Shown one piece after another: positions 31,138-41,086 of a DNA stretch of 64,000 nucleotides. Below the pieces are notes generated by a model. That model was not told the DNA's origin, made no database searches, and was given only the letters and a program-made list of their open reading frames with translations. The DNA lies in NCBI GenBank assembly GCA_963843795.1, contig CAWJLW010000006.1, positions 558,001 through 622,000 on the forward strand. Reading direction: 5' to 3'. The DNA comes from an uncultured bacterium (GTDB lineage: Bacteria > Armatimonadota > Abditibacteriia > Abditibacteriales > Abditibacteriaceae). A program made the translations under genes and the position numbers. Numbering within the stretch: the first letter of the stretch is position 1; each line of letters opens with the position of its first letter.

Positions 31138-33336
31138 TTAGGTGCCGGGAACTGCGTCTTCTTCGTAGCGCGGCAAAACGCGCGCGGTGAGGAAGATAAT
31201 CAAGTCGGTGTCGCGCGCCACATCGTTGCGGCTCTGGAAAAGTTTACCGATGAGCGGAATGTCTGCTAAAATCGGCACTCTGGAAGTTAAACGTGAGATC
31301 GACTTTTCGCGCAAACCACCCAGCACAATCGTGTCTCCATCTTTGAGGTTGGCGACAGTTTGGACGCTTTGGCTGGTAATCGTCGGTGCAATACCACCCG
31401 CGTTGTTCGATTGCTGCTGTACCTGCGGCTGCATGACCACAGTGATCGTGCCATCATTGTTGATGGTCGGGGTCACGGTTAAACCAATTTGCGTCGTGAC
31501 ATAGTTGACGTTCTGGCCTTGAGTGACAGTGTTGGTGACGCCGCCTTGAACCGCTGCGTTGGTGGTAACTACCGGTGTCGATTGAGAAGACGACAGTGTG
31601 GCTGTTAAGTTATTAATCGCTGTAACGCGTGGGGCTGTAACGATTTTAGCGCGGTTCTTAACCATAAGAGAGCGCAAAACAGCTTGGAAGTTATTGCGCA
31701 CAAAGCCCAATGTAAAGCTGCCACCCACCGAAGGTAACCCTGGCTGAAAGCCAGTTTCATTGACCGTGAAGGGGCCATTGGAACTGGTGAAATCGATACC
31801 AAAAGCATCGGTGTCGCTGGTGTTGACCGAGATGAACTGCGCTTCAATTTCGACCTGACGCAACGGTCGGTCGAGCAGGTTAATAATGTTCTGCAACTGC
31901 TGATAGCCTTGTTCGGTCGCGTAAACCAACAGGGCGTTCTGCGGGTCTACCGAAATGATTTGATCGACGCCTTCAGGCAGTTCGAACAAACCGCCACCAC
32001 CGCCGCCGCCAAACCCGCCCTGACCGCCGTTGCGTCCGCCGTTGCGTCCGCCGTTGTTGCCGCCATTTCGTCCGCCGCCGCCATTGCGTCCACCGCCGCC
32101 ATTACGTCCGCCGCCACCGTTGTTACCGCCGAACCCACCAAACTGCGCACTACCTTGCGTGTAAGGCGAGGAGTATTGTCCGCCACCGCCGTAGACGTCG
32201 TAGTTATTGTTGTTGCTATTACCAGTATTGGGGGCGTAGGGGTTGTAATATTCTTCGGGTGGCGCATAACCACCGTTTTGTGCCGCCGTATCCTGAGGCG
32301 ACAAAAACGATTTACCCAAATACTGCTCGTTATATTTTTTTGCGTTGTTGGCTGATGTCCTGAACACCAAAGGTTCTGGCTGGTGCTGTGGATCAATCAT
32401 GTAAGCCATGACACGAATCGGGACATTTTTGACTGCCACACGATAATAGTTGAGCGGCTGATTAACCTGTGTGGGTGCCGACAGATTGCTCGGTGCCAAT
32501 TGTGGAATGCTCGACAAATCGGGCATCTGCATATAAGTCACTCGTCCACCGCCATCGTAGGGCGTGATGGCTTCTTCGCGTGGTAGGGTTTTGGGATCGA
32601 CTTGAAGATCGGGAGGAAGAGTGCGCGCCACAACATAAACGCCCTCGCTGGTTTTGCGCCAGTCGATGCCCGCTGCCAACGCAACTGTGCGAATGGCCGT
32701 TTCGGGAGTGACCTCATGTAAATCAACGTTAGGAATCGTGCCCGTCACGTCACCATTAACAATAATCGACAGGCCACTCTGATTGGCAATCATGCTCAGG
32801 ATTTCCGCTACCGGAGCGTTCTGGAAATTCAGATTAATCACGGACTCTTCAGTAGGAACCGGACGGGCAATCGGTCGTACAGGTGCTGCGTTGGACGAAT
32901 TGCTTGTTGAAGGTACCGGTAAAGGGGCTTGAAAAGGTGTGGGCGGAGATGCAGGTGCAGGAGCCTGAAAAGGTAAGGAATTTTGATAGGGAATGGGCGC
33001 TCCTACGGGAACTTCTTCAACCCACGTTGTGCCCGGAGCATGAGCAGTCGGGACGGGCGCATTTTCTTTTGTCTCGTCCTGCGCCATACCGGCGCCACTA
33101 AGCAAAAGCGCGCCGCCCACCATCAAAAATCGCGAGCCGCTTGCGCGCCAAATCTTCTGATTTGAAACCAAATTGTGGATGCTGCCCACCCTGCTACCTG
33201 CAACCTGAAAATCCATAGTCTCTCCCGACGGCAACAGCACCGTCATCTCACTTTTATCCTGTAACTTTTCGCCTTCTGCACTTTTACTTCGTCTGCGGGC
33301 AGGAAACGTTCGCTCACAACCGAGGACACACGTCAT
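31138..33336 (-). CDS. Outer-membrane secretin (PilQ/GspD family); start uncertain
   Basis: N0-like INLNFQNAPVAEIL, LDRPLRQVEIEAQF, GLTVTPTIN, LKDGDTIVLGGL, VPILADIPLIGKLF, LIIFLTARV. Confidence 0.92.
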   Translation of the reverse strand: MTCVLGCERTFPARRRSKSAEGEKLQDKSEMTVLLPSGETMDFQVAGSRVGSIHNLVSNQKIWRASGSRFLMVGGALLLSGAGMAQDETKENAPVPTAHAPGTTWVEEVPVGAPIPYQNSLPFQAPAPASPPTPFQAPLPVPSTSNSSNAAPVRPIARPVPTEESVINLNFQNAPVAEILSMIANQSGLSIIVNGDVTGTIPNVDLHEVTPETAIRTVALAAGIDWRKTSEGVYVVARTLPPDLQVDPKTLPREEAITPYDGGGRVTYMQMPDLSSIPQLAPSNLSAPTQVNQPLNYYRVAVKNVPIRVMAYMIDPQHQPEPLVFRTSANNAKKYNEQYLGKSFLSPQDTAAQNGGYAPPEEYYNPYAPNTGNSNNNNYDVYGGGGQYSSPYTQGSAQFGGFGGNNGGGGRNGGGGRNGGGGRNGGNNGGRNGGRNGGQGGFGGGGGGGLFELPEGVDQIISVDPQNALLVYATEQGYQQLQNIINLLDRPLRQVEIEAQFISVNTSDTDAFGIDFTSSNGPFTVNETGFQPGLPSVGGSFTLGFVRNNFQAVLRSLMVKNRAKIVTAPRVTAINNLTATLSSSQSTPVVTTNAAVQGGVTNTVTQGQNVNYVTTQIGLTVTPTINNDGTITVVMQPQVQQQSNNAGGIAPTITSQSVQTVANLKDGDTIVLGGLREKSISRLTSRVPILADIPLIGKLFQSRNDVARDTDLIIFLTARVLPRYEEDAVPGT

Positions 33337-33419
33337 CAGAAATCGTGTCTTTAATAGTGTCTTTCAGAGCCAACTTTGAGGGTGACGATCTTTACAAAGA
33401 TTGTCACCCTCAATAAATT

Positions 33420-34478
33420 TTAGAAGCCAAATCCACCACCGCCGAAGCCGCCGCCCTGATTACCGCCAAAGCCACCGCCGCCAAAGCCACCGCCGCCAAA
33501 GCCACCGCCGCCGAAGCCGCCGCCGCCAAAGCCGCCGCCTTGGTTACCGCCGAATCCACCGCCGCCGAAGCCGCCGCCGCCAAAGCCACCTCCGCCGCCG
33601 AATCCTCCGCCGCCGAATCCTCCGCCGCCACCAAAGCCGCCGCCGTTGTTGCCGCCCATCGCCGATTCAGGAATTAAAAATTGTTCGCTGGTAATTAGAC
33701 CAGCATCACCAAATAAAGCTGCGATGCCACCGACGTAGACATGGCGCACTTGCAAAACACGATACTCTTTGCCTTCCGCATTAGCCGTACCGGTGGCCCC
33801 GGCCAGCGAAGGCGCTGTCTGCTGGTTGCCGAGTTGCATGGGTTGGCGCCGATTGTTGCCGCTAAACGGGCTGGCAGGCAAACCACCGCGCGCACTCCCC
33901 ATTCCGCTGCTTCCCATCCCACTACTACCGCGCTGATTACTGTTCGGATAGCCACCAGAAGAGCCACCATAGCCACCGCCATAGCCCCCGCCTGCTGAGC
34001 TTCCGTATCCGCCACCTGCCGAGCTGCCATAGCCTCCGCCATAGCCACCTTCTCCGCCCATAGGATTGAGGTCATAGCGCGGTTCGATTTGTTTGCTACC
34101 GTCTTTTTGTGGCACAATCTTGAAATTGTTATCGGTAGCCAGACGACGGATGATCGTATCCCAGCTTGCGTTGTTGAATGTTACGGCATCAACAGAAACA
34201 TACTTGGCGCTTTCATCCACTTTGTAGTCGGTACTGCCCGCAGACTGTTGGACCATCGCGATCGCGTCGTACAAAGTTGCGCCTTTAATTTCCACATAGA
34301 AACGGTCTTTAGCGTCACTGGTGACTGTACTGGCTCCAGTGGTGGCTGGTGCTGCTACAGGTGGTGCAACCGTGGGTGGTGCAGGAGCCTGCGCGCGAGC
34401 CGAAACCAGAGCTGAACTCGTCAACAAACCGCTCGTAGCTGCAATGATCCACAGGCGATGAGAATTTTGTGCTTTCAT
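33420..34478 (-). CDS. Secreted protein with a secretin-N-like (STN/N0) domain and a GGF-repeat C-terminal tail
   Basis: Signal peptide ending ARA|Q; FYVEIKGATLYDAI..VTFNNASWDTIIRRL; GGYG repeats; about 75-aa (GGGF)n tail. Confidence 0.7.
   Translation of the reverse strand: MKAQNSHRLWIIAATSGLLTSSALVSARAQAPAPPTVAPPVAAPATTGASTVTSDAKDRFYVEIKGATLYDAIAMVQQSAGSTDYKVDESAKYVSVDAVTFNNASWDTIIRRLATDNNFKIVPQKDGSKQIEPRYDLNPMGGEGGYGGGYGSSAGGGYGSSAGGGYGGGYGGSSGGYPNSNQRGSSGMGSSGMGSARGGLPASPFSGNNRRQPMQLGNQQTAPSLAGATGTANAEGKEYRVLQVRHVYVGGIAALFGDAGLITSEQFLIPESAMGGNNGGGFGGGGGFGGGGFGGGGGFGGGGFGGGGFGGNQGGGFGGGGFGGGGFGGGGFGGGGFGGNQGGGFGGGGFGF
33423..33645 (-). repeat. Low-complexity GGF/GGGF coding repeat
   Basis: Imperfect tandem CCGCCGCC(A/G)AAG units encoding GGGF, with two GGNQGGGF units. 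Confidence 0.9.
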
Positions 34479-34772
34479 AGAGAGTTTTTCCTTCTCGATT
34501 TTTCGAGTATTCACTGGCGCAATCGCATCGATTCACGCACTCAGTTCAAATGCCATTTCGTACAGCGACAAAAGTTGATCTTTGCCAACGGTCACTATGC
34601 GGGCTCTGATATCACATCGGCTTTAAAACCAAGCCGCTTTCAATTTTTATCATTAACGACAAAGCCATCTTTTAGACTGCAACTGAACGCTTATTGTAGC
34701 ACTTCGGTTGCGCTATCACAAGTGGTTTTCATAAGTGCTAAGCAAACAGTCAGGAGCGGGAACCAGGCAAGA

Positions 34773-35789
34773 TTACTCGCGCCCAATTCCTCCTCCACCC
34801 CTACCTGCGCCACCACGTCCACCTTGAAAGCCACCGGGATAACCGCCGCTACCGCCGGGATAGCCACCACTACTGCCGGGGTAACCACCGGATGCACCGG
34901 GATAACCGCTCGCGCCACCAGCCTGCGTGTTGCCTTCGCGTAGATCAATGTAGCGTAGCACACCGTTTTCGGTAACTACCATACGCACTCGCGTGCGTCC
35001 ACCTTCGGTCGTGCGTTCAATGCGAAGAACTTTGATGCCTTCTTCGGGTATTTCTTGACCCGGCTGCACAATATAAGTTTTGGGAGGCGCTTGGCCCATT
35101 CCATCGCCCATTTCGCCACCCGATCCACCCGATGCCGAAGCATCTTCAACTTCTAGTAACGCGCGCACCGAATCGCCGATAACGACACCGGCCAATCGCT
35201 TGTTTGGCGAGCGCTCGAGCGCTGGTTGTGATCCTCCACCCACACTGGGCGGCGCAATTTGCACGCGTGGTGCTGTCGGCACATTGGTGAGACGCGGAAT
35301 ACGGGCGCTGGGCAAACCAACCAGAGCCGTCGTGCGACGCGCGTTTCCACTCGTACTGGGTAGTGGATAAGCAGAAACTCCCCCACTTTCTTGGCTGCGC
35401 GGCGCAGGAATGTCAATTGGAGGCGGAATAAACACCGGACGTGGCGTGGGGCGTGGTGTTGGCAGCGGCGGTGGTGGCGGCGGTGGCTTAAGTGTGTCGG
35501 TGAAAAACGGCACAAACGGGTCGTTGCGGTAAGGCGCCGCAGCGACCACTACCGGGCCGGTTGCCACCGCGCCGCCAGCGGCACTTGGCGATTCTTCGCC
35601 CTCGCCTCCGCTACTGGGTGCGCTTGGCGCGCCAGGCCGCACCGCAGCAGGGGCCGTTGGAGGGGGAGCCGTTGTCGTCGTATCTTTGCCTTTGGGCAAA
35701 AGCAGGAAAACTGCTCCGATGCCTAAAACACCAGCGATACCTGCCAGTAAAAAAGCCTTTTTCTTATTGTCGTCAAGGGCTAAAGCCAT
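34773..35789 (-). CDS. PilP-like type IV pilus assembly protein
   Basis: N-terminal TM, YRNDPF motif, Pro-rich linker, beta domain RLAGVVIG..ALLEV..YIVQPGQ..KVLRIE; position after pilO. Confidence 0.6.
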   Translation of the reverse strand: MALALDDNKKKAFLLAGIAGVLGIGAVFLLLPKGKDTTTTAPPPTAPAAVRPGAPSAPSSGGEGEESPSAAGGAVATGPVVVAAAPYRNDPFVPFFTDTLKPPPPPPPLPTPRPTPRPVFIPPPIDIPAPRSQESGGVSAYPLPSTSGNARRTTALVGLPSARIPRLTNVPTAPRVQIAPPSVGGGSQPALERSPNKRLAGVVIGDSVRALLEVEDASASGGSGGEMGDGMGQAPPKTYIVQPGQEIPEEGIKVLRIERTTEGGRTRVRMVVTENGVLRYIDLREGNTQAGGASGYPGASGGYPGSSGGYPGGSGGYPGGFQGGRGGAGRGGGGIGRE

Positions 35790-35956
35790 AATTTTCGTCT
35801 CTTATGTGTTTAATCGTCAACTACTTGACTCGAACTATCTCTTAGGACTTGCGCCAGAATTAAAAATCATAACTCTATCGGCAGTTCGAACACTGAGCGA
35901 GTGAGACGTTTCCAAACGACTCAAGTCGCCGATTTCTTTGGATGTTGCTGTTCAGC

Positions 35957-36754
35957 CTACTGCGGTGCGCTACTGGCCATTGGAGCTGCGCTCGAACTGG
36001 GCGGCCCGCCGGGACCACCTTCGCCCGCGACGGCTGCGCCACCCGCGCCTCCTGCAGTGACCGAAGTGCCTATTTGAGCGCCGATACCAGCGGCCAACAA
36101 ATAGGGAGTAATCGAAACGGTCGCGGTGATGCTGGGCGATTCGCCTTCCAATTTTAAATCGGTGCCCACCAAAAACAAAACCGACGAATCGTTGATGCGA
36201 TCAAAAAAACGAATGATGGAGGGTAGAGGCCCGGCCACCGAAACTTTCAGTGGCCCGCCTGTGGGTCGGAACAAACCGTTGGCTGGAATGACGACTTGTT
36301 CGGGAGCCGCAGGAGGAGCCCCCACACTGATATCGCTATTCAGCACAACGCCAGTCTGACGCGCCGCCGTAATTAACTCGGTTTGTACTGCCAAACCATA
36401 ATCGCTGAAATACTCGTTGAGCCAGCGGCGCCAGGCGATCTGACGATTGGCGATTTGCACGGCTTCAGTGCCATTGATATCACCGAAATTTAAGGTGCGA
36501 TAGCGCTGGCGAAAATAAGTCAGTTGCGTGCGCAGATAATCAGTTCTGTCCTCGGCTTTGGTCTGGGCTTCCTGAGCAGATTTCAATTTATTGGCTTCAG
36601 CGAGAAGAGTTTCATAATTGGCTTTATCGCTGGCGATTTTGAGACGCGCAGGCTTCAAAATCATCTGTATATACAGCACAATGGTCAGGATTAACAAAAA
36701 TACGAATACGCCCACCGCGATCCAGGTATTACGCTTCGCCAACTGTTCTCTCAT
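35957..36754 (-). CDS. PilO-like type IV pilus assembly protein
   Basis: TM helix, coiled coil and ferredoxin-like C-terminus (LKVSVAGPLPSIIRFFDRI); operon position. Confidence 0.65.
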   Translation of the reverse strand: MREQLAKRNTWIAVGVFVFLLILTIVLYIQMILKPARLKIASDKANYETLLAEANKLKSAQEAQTKAEDRTDYLRTQLTYFRQRYRTLNFGDINGTEAVQIANRQIAWRRWLNEYFSDYGLAVQTELITAARQTGVVLNSDISVGAPPAAPEQVVIPANGLFRPTGGPLKVSVAGPLPSIIRFFDRINDSSVLFLVGTDLKLEGESPSITATVSITPYLLAAGIGAQIGTSVTAGGAGGAAVAGEGGPGGPPSSSAAPMASSAPQ

Positions 36755-36886
36755 ATTTGCGCTCTCTTCTTCTCTGCAAGTACTTGCAGCTTGCTTTTAT
36801 TTGATTTCGCAAGCCGAATTTTGGTTCCACTCAGCAAAATCATCAATGTCATCAATCTGCTTGCGTTATCTGCTTATCGTCAATTT

Positions 36887-37660
36887 TTAGCGCACTGCCG
36901 CGCCAGAACTGCTGGCTTGTGGGCCTGCACTTGAGCCACCAGCCCCACCGGCGCCGTTGGCATTGGTCGTGACACCGACCGAAGTGCCCGAAGGTTCGGC
37001 AGGGACAACTAACAAACCTTGCTGAGATATTTTATCGGTGCGCAACGGGCCACGAGCGGTAATGGCCAACGGATAAACGATACGCTGCGGTGTATAAGAC
37101 AATGGCTGCGGGGGAGCTTCGAGTGATTCGCCGGTCGGATAGCCCGGGATGCCGCTGGCAATCGGCAGTTGAGAGAAGAGCGGCCCTTGTTCCGATTCGG
37201 TGCCTTTGCGTAATGCGAGGAAAAAGTTCGCATATTCGTCCGGTGTTCGCACCGTGGCTTGAACTGTAATCGTTTGGCCATCGGAGAAGTCGATCAAGTT
37301 AATGACGGCATCGTCGTAAATGTAGCGCCGAGTCAAATCGATGAGGGCAGCCCGCTCTGCGCCGGTTTTACTGGCGTCGGAGAGAAAATTGACCACGGTC
37401 TGTACCGGAAGGTTGGCCGAGTCTGCCGCATCTGCGGCGGTAGTAGCCGCAGTGGTTTTCGCCGCGATTGGCTCAATGGCTGCGATGTCGGCAGTGAGTT
37501 TTTCCTGCTGGCGAACATTGGTCAGGTGATGCAGACCCAGGCCGACCAACACTGCCAGTAGCAGCAGAACACCAGCCAATAAAACGCGCTTGAAGCGACG
37601 CTCTAAAGCCACATACTCCGGCAACAAATCAATTTTCAACAGATGGGTTTTGCTCGCCAT
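36887..37660 (-). CDS. PilN-like type IV pilus assembly protein
   Basis: N-terminal IDLLP (PilN INLLP PilM-binding motif), TM, coiled coil; follows pilM. Confidence 0.75.
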   Translation of the reverse strand: MASKTHLLKIDLLPEYVALERRFKRVLLAGVLLLLAVLVGLGLHHLTNVRQQEKLTADIAAIEPIAAKTTAATTAADAADSANLPVQTVVNFLSDASKTGAERAALIDLTRRYIYDDAVINLIDFSDGQTITVQATVRTPDEYANFFLALRKGTESEQGPLFSQLPIASGIPGYPTGESLEAPPQPLSYTPQRIVYPLAITARGPLRTDKISQQGLLVVPAEPSGTSVGVTTNANGAGGAGGSSAGPQASSSGAAVR

Positions 37661-37891
37661 AAAAATACTCGAAAAACACGTCCGCCAATCTCAAGGTCAA
37701 TTAATACAGTACGCGAAATCGAAGTTCGTGGTTTTGAACCGCTTCGCGCGTCCGCATTGATTATTCCCCGTTTGCAAATCTTTTTAAAGGCCCCGCAAGT
37801 ACTTGCCACGCAAGCGCAGGACATTTTGACCAGTAATTTCGCCGTGACTCATGCTTTCCACAGCGCTTGTAAGCGCTGTGAAAAACATGTT

Positions 37892-40396
37892 TTAATCTAA
37901 AAGTTCACGCAAGGCCAAGCCGATAGACACTGCGTAAATCGGCGCATCGGCGGCGACTTCGTTGCCAATTTTCGCCGGTATCGACAGAACGCGTAACGGA
38001 TTTCCTACCACACTAGGGATGCCCAGCGACTGAGTGAGATAAACGTCAATATTTTTAAATTTAGCGCCGCCGCCTACAATTTCGATATTCTGAACCACTG
38101 CGCTGGGATAGCGCGAAGCGTGAAATTCCAAGCTGCGCCGCACTTCGCTCGCCAGTCCGTCCAACAATGGGTGCAAAATGGAATACACCGTTTCGGCATC
38201 CACGCCGGGTGCGGCGTCGCCGGGTCCACTGAGGCCGCTTCCGTAGCCGCCAAAATCGCCACTTAGCGCAGCGAAATCATCTGCCGGAACTCCGGGGATG
38301 TCGGAGCTTGTGACCTGTTCTTGAGCGTCCTGCGCCCCGAAAAGCTCATCCAAATCCATGTCGCCGCCATCCGTCGTCGCAGCAGTGGCTGCCACCGGAG
38401 AAATTGGTGAAAGATCGAGCGTCGGGGTTGGATCGCCTGGCACGGTTGCAACTGCTCCAGTAGAAGTTGCGGTTTCGTCTTCGGTCAGGCCCAGATCGCC
38501 AAGGTTCCACGCTGAAGGTTCCACGCTTGCCGATTCGGCATCCAGCGTTGTTTCTTGGGCGGTCGCGCTGGCTTCGCTGGGCGCGCTCGCGTCCGCTTCG
38601 ACTGGAACCACGTTGTCGGTGCTGGTGGATGTAGCGGTGGGTGTTGGAGCAGGTGTGTCGAAATCAAAAGAGAAATCTTTACCTGATGCGCTCGGAGGTG
38701 TGTCGTCTAAATCGAAATTGAAGCTGCTCGTTACCGCATCGCTACTCGCAGCGGTATTGTTGGCCACAGGCTCAGTGGGCGTAATTTCGTTTGTTACGGT
38801 GGGGGTTGTCGCAGCCTCGGTCGTCGCAGCTTGGTCGGCGTTTGCGGCAGGGTCGGGCGCAGCACCTACGTCAGGAAACGCGAAATCATCGCTGGCTGCG
38901 CTCTCGGACGCGGTGTCACTGGCAGTCGAATCGTTTTCTACCACTGGCATCTCATCGAAGTCGAACGAAGGCACTGTGCTTTCGCCCGTCGCATTCGCAT
39001 CTGTTGCAGCCGCGTCTGTGGAACTGGCGTCGGATGCGGTTGCTTCTGTTGCGGCTGCTTCTGTTGCGTTGGGAGGCAAATCGAAATCGAAGTCGAACGG
39101 GTCGGCGTCGTTGTTTTCGGCGTTTTGGTCTTTTTCTTTTTGGGCGTGCTGCTGGCGCGGTTCATCGCTGAAGCCTTGCTGCGCCTGAGTTTGATCGCCT
39201 TCGTTGAAATAATCCGGGTCGAACGGATCGTCTCCGGCGGGCGGTGCTGCCACGTCGAGGGTGGGATTTTGCGGTGCGGCGAAGTCGGTGCTGTTCGTGT
39301 TGTCGTCGCTGTCGAAGTCGCTCCAATCGTCGAAATCACCGGCAGGAGCCACGCTGGCGGCAGTATCGTTCGTGTGTGGAGACGCCAGTGCGTCGCCAAA
39401 TTCGATTTTAACGCGTTCGGCGGCATCAAAAGGCAGTCCGAGATAATCGACCAGCGCTTGGGTAAGCGAATTGCCGCCGTTGGGAATGGTGCGGGTAAAA
39501 ACCAAAATATCACCGCGAAAAATTGAAATTTCCGTGCCCGTCGCACCAATGTTGATGGCGGCGCTGACATGTCCATAATCAATTGTAGCTGCGGGCTGTC
39601 CGTCGGCTCCGACGTGACCGTGCGTCAGGGCGCGACCAACGCATAGTGGTTCCACGTCGATGGCGCGCGGCTGCAATTTAGCGCCTTGAAGTACTTTGAG
39701 GTTCAGGTCGATGACTTCGCGCTGCGCGGCGGCCAGCAGAACTTCCATATTGGACGGATCGGCGCCCGCTGGCAATTCGCGAAGGGCGTGATAATCCATC
39801 ACAACTTCCGAGGGCGGAAAAGGAATGTAACGATCCACATCGGTCGCCATATTTTCATCCAGCTCGCTATCGCTCATGCGCGGAACTTCGATGACGCGCA
39901 CGACCAGAGCGCCGGTGCCAGAAACCGAAGTCGTGACGTTGCGGCCTTTGATGCCCGAATTTTTGAACAGCGTGGCAATCGCAGTCGCGAGCGCGGCTTC
40001 GTTCATCACGACGCCGTTGTCGATGCTTTCAGGTGGAGTTTCGATCATGCCAATGCCAGTCACGCTGACGACATCGCCATTGCCGGAAAGTTCGACGGCT
40101 TTAATGGTCGCATTTCCGATATTCAAGCCGACCGCGCTGCCTTTCAGAACGCGATGACGCGGCACGGTTTGCGGCATGACCGGCTCGGCGGCCAAAAGTT
40201 CAGAGCCGCCGAAATCGGAAAAGTCGTCGAAGCCGGTTCCGGCATCGCCACTATCAGTGGGCACTTGCAGACCGCTGGTGTCGGGAGCTTCTTCAGTCGC
40301 AGTTTTTTTGCGACCGAAAAGTCCACCCTTTTTCTTGTCGTTGGGTGCTGCAGTCTGTGTGTTTGTGTCACCGGTTTTCTTGCCAAACAAAGCCAT
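37892..40396 (-). CDS. pilM: Type IV pilus assembly protein PilM with a very large acidic insertion
   Basis: VGLNIGNATIKAVEL, RYIPFP, VLLAAA, INIGATGTEI, GGNSLT, EVRRSLEF, VGGGA, NP, IGLALR. Confidence 0.9.
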   Translation of the reverse strand: MALFGKKTGDTNTQTAAPNDKKKGGLFGRKKTATEEAPDTSGLQVPTDSGDAGTGFDDFSDFGGSELLAAEPVMPQTVPRHRVLKGSAVGLNIGNATIKAVELSGNGDVVSVTGIGMIETPPESIDNGVVMNEAALATAIATLFKNSGIKGRNVTTSVSGTGALVVRVIEVPRMSDSELDENMATDVDRYIPFPPSEVVMDYHALRELPAGADPSNMEVLLAAAQREVIDLNLKVLQGAKLQPRAIDVEPLCVGRALTHGHVGADGQPAATIDYGHVSAAINIGATGTEISIFRGDILVFTRTIPNGGNSLTQALVDYLGLPFDAAERVKIEFGDALASPHTNDTAASVAPAGDFDDWSDFDSDDNTNSTDFAAPQNPTLDVAAPPAGDDPFDPDYFNEGDQTQAQQGFSDEPRQQHAQKEKDQNAENNDADPFDFDFDLPPNATEAAATEATASDASSTDAAATDANATGESTVPSFDFDEMPVVENDSTASDTASESAASDDFAFPDVGAAPDPAANADQAATTEAATTPTVTNEITPTEPVANNTAASSDAVTSSFNFDLDDTPPSASGKDFSFDFDTPAPTPTATSTSTDNVVPVEADASAPSEASATAQETTLDAESASVEPSAWNLGDLGLTEDETATSTGAVATVPGDPTPTLDLSPISPVAATAATTDGGDMDLDELFGAQDAQEQVTSSDIPGVPADDFAALSGDFGGYGSGLSGPGDAAPGVDAETVYSILHPLLDGLASEVRRSLEFHASRYPSAVVQNIEIVGGGAKFKNIDVYLTQSLGIPSVVGNPLRVLSIPAKIGNEVAADAPIYAVSIGLALRELLD

Positions 40397-41086
40397 AGCA
40401 AATTCTCAAATTCACGTCGTCCGGCGCATCGTAAAAATTGGCCGATGGAAGGCGACGGTTTGTCTCAAATTTTTAGATCAGGTCGAATCGTTTCACCACA
40501 AATTCTTTGCGAAATGGTGTGCGAGTTGAATGCAACAAGTGCAATGCAACAGTGCGAAATACAACCAGTGCGACATGGGATGCAACTCCGAATGGACGGT
40601 GCGAAGATGATGGACAATGATTGTGACGTTGTCGAAAAATGTGCTTCTATTATTATCGTCGCGCCGCCTTGTGTCAACGCATCGCGCCGCTAAAATCTTC
40701 CGTTAGGCACGCATAACCGATTTTTAAACCGCTTTGTCGGTTCGCGCGTAACAACCAAATGCTTTGCTTTCACAAATTTCTTCCGCAAGTACTTGCGCGA
40801 AATAACCAGCACTTGCGTTCTTATTTTAGCAGCCGCGACGATTGTTAGGCGAATTTTACTTCAACTCGCCGTTTGATGCGCGGGTCAATGCACGGATCAA
40901 CGATCAGAGTGTGTTGTGTAGGTTGATTCGTTATGCCTGCGCTCTTTAGCGCGATGCACCAACCTTGCTAAACTGCGCGCCCGATGCATTCACCGCTGCA
41001 AGCTATTTGCAAGTACTTGCAGCGGTGTTTTTGTGCATCAAATTTATTCTAATCCACTGAGTACGAGAAAAAACGAGATAATCAAC

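Noticed and set aside
38210..39380. Intein or mobile insertion within pilM
   Set aside because: No C/S...HN splice motifs, endonuclease motifs or terminal repeats; it is a low-complexity in-frame expansion.
40400..41080. Possible ncRNA or His leader between pilM and hisG
   Set aside because: No His-codon run, T-box or recognisable RNA motif; consistent with a divergent promoter region holding two 12-mers.
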